Assembly (NCBI GenBank): GCA_965235115.1
Contig: OZ249438.1
Location: 9,114,001 to 9,178,000, forward strand
Reading direction: 5' to 3'
DNA length: 64,000 nucleotides
Source of the DNA: Laetmonice hystrix
Lineage: Eukaryota
The notes below the pieces were generated by a model. The model was not told the DNA's origin and did no database searches. It worked only from the letters and a program-made list of their open reading frames with translations. Both the position numbers and the translations under genes were made by a program. Shown one piece after another: positions 50,771-61,209 of the stretch. Every line of letters starts with the position of its first letter. Position 1 is the stretch's first letter.

Positions 50771-52564
50771 GTGCACACTTGTGATGGTGACATATTCAGA
50801 GATAAGCGGTCTGACGTCACCCATTGTATGTAACACCGAAAGTGTTCCTTGCTGACATATGATAACGGTGATGTTACTATTATTATGAATGTATTAGTAT
50901 TAAAATGACATCTTGTTGTAAAATGGGTTCGAAATAGGACAAAAACAACTTTATTAGTGGGAACTTTTTGTAGTACTTGAGGTGAAGAGGGAGATAATTT
51001 ATCAGGAATAGCGGGGGAGAGTGACCTTTTTATGTTTCACCAAACGTCTGGATCATCTTCTCACTGTCAGTTTACAGCCGAGTCAATATTTTAAACCAAT
51101 ATGTAAACCCTGATGTTGACAGTGAGGTGTAGAGATGGGTCAATATTGGCTGGGGGTACGTGAGTGGCCAAACGAGATACCGGCAAAATAAATCTTGCAC
51201 TTTCAACAGTTGTAGCATGGGACAAAATAAGAGGGGCATGACCAAAGTTAATATTGCACACTCTTCATTGGTAATTTTGGCCGTGTGAGCTAATGTGAAG
51301 TGTGAACTCAAACATTAGTAATATGTTATTTTATTGTTGTATAAGTTAGATGAAACTTGTGCTGCGTGCTTACCCCTCAGTATAACGGTAACTTGTTACC
51401 AAGATACATGACAACGTTGAAGTGGATGAAAACAGATTTCCTGATATACCCGGTAACCTGACCAGTAAGTGCCGCCGTATGATTACCCAATCCATATCAG
51501 GCTTTCAAACACAGGTGGCGAGACTCTGGTGCTGGGGGTTTTGCTATGCCAAGTTTGAACCCCAAGCGATCTAGTCAGCTATATGCACTGAAAGGCCTGG
51601 TGACCGGGGGGGGGGAGGGCGGGAGGGGGGGGGGGGTAAGACTGGATTATAGGAGAGGATCATCTCTGACTATCCATAGAGGATAACATACCTTGTTGGG
51701 AACGATTGTGAGGGCAGGGACCTGTTTACAAAAACCTCCACAGCTTGGCTTGGGCATAGGTCAAGGACCATCGTGGAGCAGTCATATGTCCTGGGTTTTA
51801 TTTATAGAACGTTCTCTTCATATGACAGGTAATCTGCTGGGAGTCACAGCGGAGATAAGCTGTCAGCAAGCTGTGTGATGTGATCGGAGTATTTTATAGA
51901 GAGGACATTGATTTATAGACTTGTGCTTAGAGAGTGGAGTATGACCTAATGGTGACGTCATATAATAACGTATACAATTAAAGGTTTACCATGTAAATCT
52001 ACAGGTGTTATTATTATATGATGAGATTAAAGGGGCGTTGAGAATAAATCAACCGACCTCAAACCAATCAGTAACTCAGTCATGGCAACCATGTTATATG
52101 AATAGATGGATTAATAAGTTTCGGTTTGAATGTTTCCTTACTCCTGACAAGAAACAATAATCTAACATCTTTTAATTCGGTCCGAATTGATTGTTTTGTG
52201 ATTGATTGTGTACAAACCTTGCTAGATGTATAATTGTATACTTTATGTGCTGCCTTTGATTCCATTACGAGTTTCTTTAAGGCAGAATTGTAAATAGATA
52301 CAAAAAAATATGTACCAAATGTATTTATAATCATGATGGTCACGAATTTAAGACGTTTATTCCCATTTAGGTGAATATAGCTTTGCAACCCTTTAACCTT
52401 AACGTTACAAAGTGATTGATAGAACCAAGGGATATGGTTGGTATCCAGGAAGAACCACTGTAATCAGTATGCAAACACCAATATGTTTAATGTTATCTTA
52501 AGTTCTTGACTCCACCGCCGTCTCTTGCTTGCCGTATTCCTCACTCCTGTTCTCTGTTCGGCAG

Positions 52565-52789
52565 GCCTTACAGCGGGACATCGAGTCGCACTCTAAGATC
52601 GTGTCGGCCGTGCTGAAGTTGTGTGAGCACCTACAGAACGACAAGGACGCGTGTTCGTCCCCAGACGAGGGAGAGGAGAAGGATACACTCCAACTGGTGG
52701 CAGTGAACCTCGAGCGGCGCTGGCACTCCATCTGGTTACAGAGTCTCGAGTGGCAGTGTAGACTGGAAGAGGCCATCACCCACGGAAAG
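52565..52789 (+). CDS. Internal exon D (225 nt, phase 0/0); ALQRDIESHSKIVSAVLKLCEHLQNDKDACSSPDEGEEKDTLQLVAVNLERRWHSIWLQSLEWQCRLEEAITHGK
   Basis: Long polypyrimidine tract ending gttcggcag|, donor AAG|GTGAGT. The C-D junction gives KLKDHQ-ALQRDIESH, a typical spectrin helix B. LERRW..WLQSLEWQCRLE resembles my recollection of klarsicht/AKAP6-type repeats (not database-verified). Confidence 0.9.
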
Positions 52790-55228
52790 GTGAGTCACCT
52801 TAATGTGCCAGTTTGGGTTTTTTTTGGTGTGTGTTTTGATTTTTTTGGTCTCTTCCAGCTGGCATTGTTGTCGTCCACAGCTCATTTGAACGTCGTCTTT
52901 TGTTAGTTCAGGTGGTTATTTGAGTATTTCCCATGAATGGTTAAAGAATAAAAAATTTTTTTTTGAGTTCTAGGGTTGGTTTGGGGATCAGGAAGGGCTC
53001 ATAATGGTTTGAAATATAAGTCTGCAAAAGTAGGGATCATTTAGGCGTTGATTGATGCCTCACGCAGGAGGGCTTGGTTAATTGGTCGAGGCAGGAAATG
53101 AAATATGATATCTGGCAGTCTATGAACGTTATGGTCTCTATATCTCATAGTTACTCTGCTAATTGGTAGCGAGACCCATCTCTATTGGGATTTGTCTTTG
53201 TTATCAGAGCCAACACGATCACTGTATCACAGTCCAGTGTTAACGGAAAGGGACAGGTTGGATACTAGTGATTATTAACACCTATTGCATGGTACACACC
53301 CTACCTGCAACCATACAAAGTCCTGCTCGATTATTTGTTACTTTAAGTATTATTTGTTATCTGGGCTTGCAGTAGAGCTGGGGGTCATGACCTTGGTATA
53401 TCTCAGGCTGTTTGTGTCCGTCCAAGTGGTTCCGCTGGTCACTTTCTCTGTACAGACAAACACGTGCAAGATTGAAAATGTTGACCCTAGGAGGTTGTCA
53501 TACAAAGTTTGTTTGCCTGGACTTTCTAGAAGTATTGAAACAAGGCTTTGTTATAAATAGCGGCAAGGTTTCTCACTCTGGCTTACTTCCGGCTTTGGCT
53601 GGTTTGACCCCACCAGACCGACGGTCCGGGTGGATGTCAATATTTCACCCTCCTAGTATTTGCTCTGGTTTCAAACAGTGAATTTGCCGGTGTGGCTACT
53701 TTGATCTCAGATCTAATGGTCTGCCAATTCCTTGACTCGACAGTTCTTCGACTAGGTTTAGTATATCACGATGTAACTGTAAAATATTATATTACCCCCC
53801 TAATATAAAAGTAGGCATCTGTGCGGATAGCTATTTTTAGAGGGAAAGTATACCGGTAATCTGTGTTGATTGGTGGGCCGTTATCACGAGGGACTGACTG
53901 TGACCAACTTCATGGAGTCCAACAAGGGCCTACACTTAACGGGCACCTAGAAACGATAGCGACTGCTCAACGGTCAACAAGGTATACAACATTTTTTGTA
54001 TTTTTCCCCTAAAAATTCGGTAGGTAATGATCACTCTTACTTGAGTGAAACATCGAAACCTACAAAAAGCATTTTCACCTGTACGACCAGGTATTTTTCC
54101 CGGAGAGAATCCAGACGTATTGTTCAGAAGGTAAAGCAAGAGTTGAGACAGGTGTGAATATCCTGTGTTAAGTGTTCCCCAGGTAACGCCGGGTGAAACG
54201 ATTGTATGGGAGGAGGACCCGGCAGGCGAGCGGCGCTGTTGTCATGGGCGGCCGCTTGGCGCGCTGCCATCGCAGTCTCGTTTTTCCTCGCGTGGGTGAA
54301 GCGCGTCACGATTCTGATTACGTTGTAAAGTTGTTTGACCATTTTCTGTTTTTATTATTGTCATTATTTTCTCCCTGTCTGACCTAGATTTATGAGGAGA
54401 GATTCAGCGCCCATATTGCAATAATTATCAAGTAGGGGTTTGTTTCCTGTTGAGTGATAAAAAACGGGAACGCTGTGAGAGGAGGTTTTGTAAAATCACG
54501 ACACCCGGTTATGACAATGGAGGTGTGTTGTGCCATAGTGGTGCGATTTATGATCTGGGACAGCAGCCAAACAGCAACGGCATCTAACGCGTCCCTGTCC
54601 AGGTCGTAGTCTTTGATGTGAAAGAGAAAGGGATCGTTTGGAGAGAAGATGATTGTCTTAGTGTAGATTTAATCTTTTCCTGTAATCTTCAGGTGTCTTT
54701 GCAGTCATTAGCAATAAGTAAACGTCAGTAGGTAGGCCTACTGAATGATGAACACAGAAAAAGGAAAAAACAAAGTCGGAAACTCCTAAATGGAAGATGA
54801 GTTTTGGTATTTTTGAGAAGTTGTATTATAAGATGTGAGTTGAGAAAGAAAAGAGCGTGTGTGTTGTTGTGACTTTGAAGGTTTACGTAATGGTATATGG
54901 AGATCCGTGGTGGAGAGATTGGCAGGATGGCAATGATAATTAGTGTGTCAGGTGTGACGGTAAGTCGGTCACAGCGCCACCAACCTGCAGGTGTATGTAT
55001 GCAGGACACCTGTCCAAATTACACATCACCCTCCCGACACTCCCGCCAGACCTGAGGTCGGTCAGGTGTTTGTGGTGCTGGGGTACGACCACAGGTTGGT
55101 CGTTCACTGCAGATTTATTCATGGAAAGCCAGGAAAGTTCTGAACATTTCTAGTTAACAGAATCTAGGCCTAGAACTCCTGGACAGGGGTTTTGAATTAA
55201 CCGAAGAGCCATGGCAATCCAGTTGAGA

Positions 55229-55348
55229 GGGCCGCAGTGACTCCGTGGTATAAGTCTCTGGCTGCTGATCACAGAGATTCCTACCTCTAGGTTCGAGTTA
55301 CCTAAGTACTTACAGCTAGGTAGGTGGTTTCCGCGGGTACTCCGGTTT
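55229..55348 (+). mobile_element. Decayed tRNA-derived V-SINE/RUDI-like SINE 5' part
   Basis: A-box-like gtgactccgtggt, B-box ggttcgagt (55290-55298), then V-domain-like ggtggtttccgcgggtactccggttt (55323-55348). Confidence 0.6.
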
Positions 55349-55383
55349 ACAGTTATAAAAAACCACTCTGACCGTGGTCCTAG

Positions 55384-55527
55384 CTGATCAAGACCCCCTT
55401 GCTGTTCCCCGGCCTGATGGAGTCCGTGAAGCTTGCAGTTCCCACAATGGACATCGATCAAAGCCTCACGGATCCACGCTGGATCCACAGATATTCCAAC
55501 AAGGTGCACTCACTGACCCTAACTCAG
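55384..55527 (+). CDS. Candidate additional or alternative exon (144 nt, phase 0/0); LIKTPLLFPGLMESVKLAVPTMDIDQSLTDPRWIHRYSNKVHSLTLTQ
   Basis: ggtcctag| ... ACTCAG|GTACGG; open frame; 35 of 48 codons end in G/C like the real exons; phase compatible with exon D. Weak polypyrimidine tract and no recognisable homology. Confidence 0.3.
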
Positions 55528-55628
55528 GTACGGGGTCGTGTGGGCCGAGTGCCAGTCCCTGTCCCTGTCCGGCTAAGATAATATGACGTCACATCAATGT
55601 CACATTTTGTCTCTCAAATATGTAGTTT

Positions 55629-55690
55629 GTACTTGAGGTTCAGAGAATCGGCGGAATGGGTACTTGAGGTTCAGAGAATCGGCAAAATGG
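55629..55690. repeat. 31-bp tandem duplication (2 copies)
   Basis: gtacttgaggttcagagaatcggc..aatgg at 55629 and 55660. Confidence 0.9.
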
Positions 55691-56584
55691 GCACTTAGGA
55701 ACTGCTCAAGGAAGGAGGGTGTAAATATTTTCAAACATGCTTGAAAGGGGCAATCCTAAAGGGTCCTTAACTTCTAATAACTTTTGCCGTTGTCGTGAGA
55801 TGTTTCATGGAAGGTGAAGGTTGGAGCATGGAGAAATAATTGTCAATCAACATTACTTAGTGAATTCTTGCTGCGTATCGATACTCCCACAGTGAAAGTC
55901 TTGGAACATGACCACGGGGATTTTTGAGACTACCTTTCTGCATACGTGATAGAAAATGTCACACGGCATTGTATTTTTTGGGGGGGAATAACCACTGGAC
56001 CGCTAATATTTGATATTATGTTCGTAATGAAAAGGGGGCTAGGCTCACTGCGTGGTGGACGGCCTGTGTGGTAACACGTTGATCCTACCCACGTAGGCTG
56101 GCAGCAGCAGCAGGATTCGGACCGTGCCACCATTGTCCACCCCACCCAGACGTGTACCGTACTGAGGGAGGACAGGTGCCGGTGTGCACTGACCGACCTC
56201 CAGGCCGGGACTCGGTGTACCCCGGACACAGGGAGGATGCCTGTCGGTGAGAGAGCGGCAAGGTGGTCGTTGGCAGCGCGCCCGTTTGGAACGCTTCCGT
56301 ACTAAAACCCGGGTTGTAACTGGTGCCAGGATTGATGTGCAGGTGTACGACCGTGACTGGGGGGTTGAGGGTCGGGTCGATAGGTCAAGGGATGGAGGTA
56401 GGAGGGGGTGGGAGGTCCATGATGATGGCTAGTCGGGACGCGATGGGTGTTAGTACCGGAGTTGGGAGGTCAGGGTCTGACGTGTTTGAGGGGTGGTTGA
56501 CATGTTCGTGGCAGACAGACTTATCGAACTCAAGGTTAAACTTCGTCGGATCATGTCATTTCTACAAAAGAAGGAGCCATAAAA

Positions 56585-57311
56585 TTAGCTATTGCCAGTT
56601 TGGACGGAGATTGTTGGCAATGCTGTTAGGTTAGTTATTGCCAGTTTGGTCGGAGATTGTTGGCAATGCTGTAAGGTTAGCTATTGCCAGTTTGTTCAGA
56701 GATTGTTGGCAATGCTGTAAGGTTAGCTATTGCCAGTTTGGTCGGAGATTGTTGGCAATGCTGTAAGGTTAGCTATTGCCAGTTTGTTCAGAGATTGTTG
56801 GCAATGCTGTAAGGTTAGCTATTGCCAGTTTGTTCAGAGATTGTTGGCAATGCCCTAAGGTTAGCTATTGCCAGTTTGTTCAGAGATTGTTGGCAATGCT
56901 GTAAGGTTAGCTATTGCCAGTTTGTTCAGAGATTGTTGGCAATGCTGTAAGGTTAGCTATTGCCAGTTTGGTCGGAGATTGTTGGCAATGCTGTAAGGTT
57001 AGCTATTGCCAGTTTGGTCGGAGATTGTTGGCAATGCTGTAAGGTTAGCTATTGCCAGTTTGGTCAGAGATTGTTGGCAATGCCCTAAGGTTAGCTATTG
57101 CCAGTTTGTTCAGAGATTGTTGGCAATGCCCTAAGGTTAGCTATTGCCAGTTTGTTCAGAGATTGTTGGCAATGCTGTAAGGTTAGCTATTGCCAGTTTG
57201 GTCAGAGATTGTTGGCAGTGCTGTAAGGTTAGCTATTGCCAGTTTGGTTGGAGATTGTTGGCCATGCTGTAAGGTTAGCTATTGCTAGTTTGGTCGGAGA
57301 TTGTTGGCAAT
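56585..57311. repeat. 46-bp minisatellite ggttagctattgccagtttg(g/t)tc(g/a)gagattgttggcaatgctgtaa, ~16 copies
   Basis: ccagttt at 56641, 56687 and onward; internal inverted repeat attgcca/tggcaat. Confidence 0.97.
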
Positions 57312-60300
57312 TCTGAGTGCTGGGTGATGTAGTGGTTGCAGTTCGACTCTGGGCTGTTTTAGCTAGTAGTATACGGAAATGTGGCTTTGTATCGGGGCTC
57401 CGTCCGGCCCCCTTACCACAGGCACCCCAGGGGTGGGGGTGGGTTGAGTCGGGGGGTTGATGGTGCTAATTATGCGGCGGTAACACAAATTTACCCCGGG
57501 GGGTACGGCCACGGACTAGGGCTCGTTTAGTTCAAACAACAAATTGATGGACTCTCAATTAACAGGTTAGCCCAGATGGTATCATAGACTTGCAGACAAT
57601 GGCGTGCGAGTGTTGGATAATGATTATTTACTGAAGTGTTTGAAAATGTGGGGAGTGTGAAAGAGAGGACACGGAAGGGGAGGGGAAACTCCAAAACAAA
57701 AAGCTGCATGGCGTTGGAAGGACAATGCAGGATATAGACACGCCTTATTTGTTTAAGTTGGGTAGTTGATTGACTTTTGTCTTTGTGGAAGACTTTCGAC
57801 AAACCTGGAAGTTTGGTATAGAGATCGATACTAACCACAACCGTGAGGTGACCAGAGTGTTAAGTATAAAGTAAGTTGCGCTTAATCAATGGGAAAGAAA
57901 AAACCTAGGTCTGTTAAAGCGAGTGTATTGGTCTCTCTTGTTTTAAGTATGTTTACAATAATAGTCCATTGTGCCAACAGCAGTCCTGAAACGTGCAGAG
58001 GTACAATAACACGGCATTAATTACATGTACTAGAGTTGGAGTAAGTGCTTAACATTACCCATAACCCCCCCCCCCCCCAAATAAAAACCCCCCCCCCCCA
58101 AACTTTGTGCATGACTTTTTTTTAACGAAAACAAAGAGTTCGGCGAGGAGAGTAACCTTTATTTTATACGGAAAATCTTCAAAAGGTAACTTGACATGCT
58201 CATAAAGATATAAATTATGACCCTTATATTGTATCGATTTATGAGGATGGCTTTGATGTACGTTTGGAAGGTTCAAGTAGGACGGAGAACATCTCAATTA
58301 TAGCGGTACAACCTGTCACATTGTCACCGTCGGGGGTGAATTGCTGGATTCTGGCACCAGTTGGTCCACCATTGTAGTACCTTATCAGGGCACCAGGTGT
58401 CGCTGACCTTTGACCGGCGTCCAATTGTGATGCTCCTTGACACTGGTTGGTTGACCAAGAGGCTGCATTGTCCAGCACTGGCGGGTGGTCATTGTGTGGG
58501 CAGGGGTAGGGCCAGCGACCCCCAATAATTCTTCAATTTCAGGGGTAACATGTGGGTTTCGCCAGAGGGGGTTTGGTTGGTACTGCCCTCTCGTCGTTAC
58601 ATCTATAGACGGGTCAGCTAGTGTTGGTGCCGGTGGTCATTGTGTATACTGACCATAGCAGGCGATTCGGGAGAGTACACTGTCCACGTGTGACTATTGT
58701 CTCTTTGATCAGTGGAAAACTCATCCATAAAGCTGTCGGTTCTCTGTTGCCATCCAGTCTGACTTTCATCCGACGTTTTCTCAAAATTAGTTACATTTAT
58801 TAATCTTTGAGGAAATACGGGAGGCGGTATGGAAGGATTTTATCAAAACTGTCCAGAAATAAATGAGCAATTAAAGCGAAAGTTTTAATTTAAGGGTGGG
58901 TGTGGTTGGGGCTCTTCCGTTTTAATTTGTCACTGATATGTCTATTCATCATTATTTGAAATATTTCTGAAATCCCTGAGATGTGCCCATTAGAAGGGAG
59001 ATAGAGGGGCCTGTTTGAGGGAGCAGACGTTGATATGATTTGAGGGTTGTAAATTATGTCGCCTGGAGATCACTTCCTGGACAGATGGCGCCACCGTGTG
59101 GTGGGAGCCTCGGTTTGGAGCCACGCCTCCAGATCCCGCCGCGCCGAGATCTCGCGGTAGCCTGGGATGGCGCCACCATTTACCTCCCGACAGACCCCGA
59201 CCGGCTCCAGCGTGACTCGCGATCGGTCTCAGACAATGGCGGGCGACAGTTAATGATTCTCTCACCAGAGGGCGGGTCAGGCGGGGGCGGGGGCCAGCGG
59301 CATCAAAGTACAAATTGATCACCCCTTGGGCACTCTTGTCAATAATTGCCCCCGTTTTTTACCCCCAACTAACAGCAGTTTTTTCTTCTCATCAGTCAGT
59401 CTGAAAGTTTACCCACGTCTGTGTTTTTTACTGTCGGGTTTGGCGGGGCAAGGTGTGAAGTTATGGGGTGTCTGTCTTCTCAGGGAATAAAAAAAACAGA
59501 CGGTGCGAGGTGGCTGGTCGTAGATAGAGGATTATCACATGTTAATCAACGACCTATCAGTTGACCCGACTCGGTTAATATTACAAATAACGCATTCTAC
59601 AATCCTTCTCAATAGATCTCGGCATTTTCTGGTATTCTGATATGAAAGGGCATACAATCTCTAGGTCCCTTCATAATGAAAGTGTATCGCCCCAGATGTA
59701 GACAGTTTCTTCAAGATCTTCTTTGGCAAGTCATGTCAGACCACAGGAGAGAGTCCATGGGTGGGGAGTATACCGAATATAGCCCATACAATTTTCCATT
59801 CATAAACGCCGTACTGAAATAAACTACGCCGTATTTGGACCTTCCCCTGGGATTTATAGAAGTACTGTGGGGGGTCTGTCTCTGTGGGGCCTACAGGCGC
59901 CCCCGGTCCTGTTACCTAGGTAACCGAGGTACAGTTCTAGACTCTCCCCCCTCCGGGCCGCCCGCATACAGGGTCCATTGATACGGGACCACTGAACGGC
60001 TCATTATGACCTGCTGGTGTGAAATGAGGACTCATTAGATGGACACAGTTCACGGTCCATCACGTTCAGTTCACTTAACTGGAAGGAAGGATTTACGACA
60101 ACCTACCTACAACCTGAGGCTGCGGGGGTGACCATCCTGTCAAGTCAAAACTGCCAAGGATTTATTCTTGCGGTGAATTTCTGTGTTGGTATTTAAAGGA
60201 GATCGTTAGAGTGTCGATCGATGCGCATGAGAAAACTACTGATCTAGAATTATTTATTTTTCTGTGCTATAGCCTGTGTAATTTTATGCTATAAGTTCCC

Positions 60301-61070
60301 AATATTTTGTCTTTCCTCAATGAGGCCGACATGAAGATCATGATAAGACGTGATAAGTGGAAGTCTGCACAGCAGTAAATTTATCACAATGAAGTTTTGA
60401 GAGAATAAGTGAACTCATTACCAGCATGGTGCCAACACTTTGTTAGTCGACGAGTAATTCTGTGACCGGTCAAGAGGGTTACTTACGACTAGCCTACAGT
60501 ATCCCGGGTGGAAGTGAATACCCGCGTCCACGTGCCTCACCCTTCCCTGGGTGGAGCCAGGGGCTGCGGGGCACGCCCCCTACCCTGACCCTTACCTCGA
60601 CCCCCATGCTGGAAATTAGCCCACCTCAGCAATTAACTAAAATCATCTCTTTAACTTACCATGGCAACACGCTAACGAGCGTCGGTGTGGGACACACACG
60701 GTTGTGGATCCAGTGCGGGTGTTGGGGGTGGACTGGGGTCCCATGTCGTGTGTGGACTTTGGTCCCTCAAGCCACACCCCCTGGTTAGGACGTTTAGTGG
60801 GGCACGGTGCCGGCTGATTTGACCGCACCGATTTGTCAGATCTCTGGGAATTATAGTCGTGTCTTATCTCTGATCGAATCTTACATTAAAGCATTAAGTG
60901 AACGGGTGGTTTGATATCAGATATCATCTGACATTGATGACTGGGGAAATTATAGAATGGCTAAGGTCGTGATTCGGAACTGATTGACATTGATGACAAT
61001 TGTGGGAACTTTTTATTCGGATTGCCCTGAGCGGAGGGTGGGCAGGGGGTGGGGGTGGAAACGGCACCAA

Positions 61071-61209
61071 GTGGCAAATCTTTATCTGCACCCAGTGGCA
61101 AATCTCTGCACCCGGTGGCAAATCTTTATCTGCACCCGGTGGCAAATCTCTGCACCCGGTGGCAAATCTTTATCTGCACCCGGTGGCAAATCTTTATCTG
61201 CACCCGGTG
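61071..61209. repeat. Alternating 24/20-bp tandem repeat gtggcaaatc(ttta)tctgcacccg, 6 units
   Basis: Unit order is long, short, long, short, long, long. Confidence 0.95.

Noticed and set aside
48947-50833. ORFs of 172-443 aa on both strands
   Set aside because: Translations of the 57-bp minisatellite; no splice signals linking them to the gene and no domain content
52028-52394. Second TTAA-flanked element (ttaaaggg...ccctttaa)
   Set aside because: Inverted similarity does not extend beyond 8 bp
55229-55300. tRNA gene (A and B boxes)
   Set aside because: No cloverleaf or acceptor stem; continues into the SINE V-domain
56087-56310. GC3-rich frame WQQQQDSDRATIVHPTQTC...
   Set aside because: Acceptor phase is incompatible with exon D, no convincing donor, no homology
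58280-58410. VGGELLDSGTSWSTIV, resembling a retroviral aspartic protease DSG motif
   Set aside because: Short frame bounded by stops; no gag, RT or LTR nearby; likely chance
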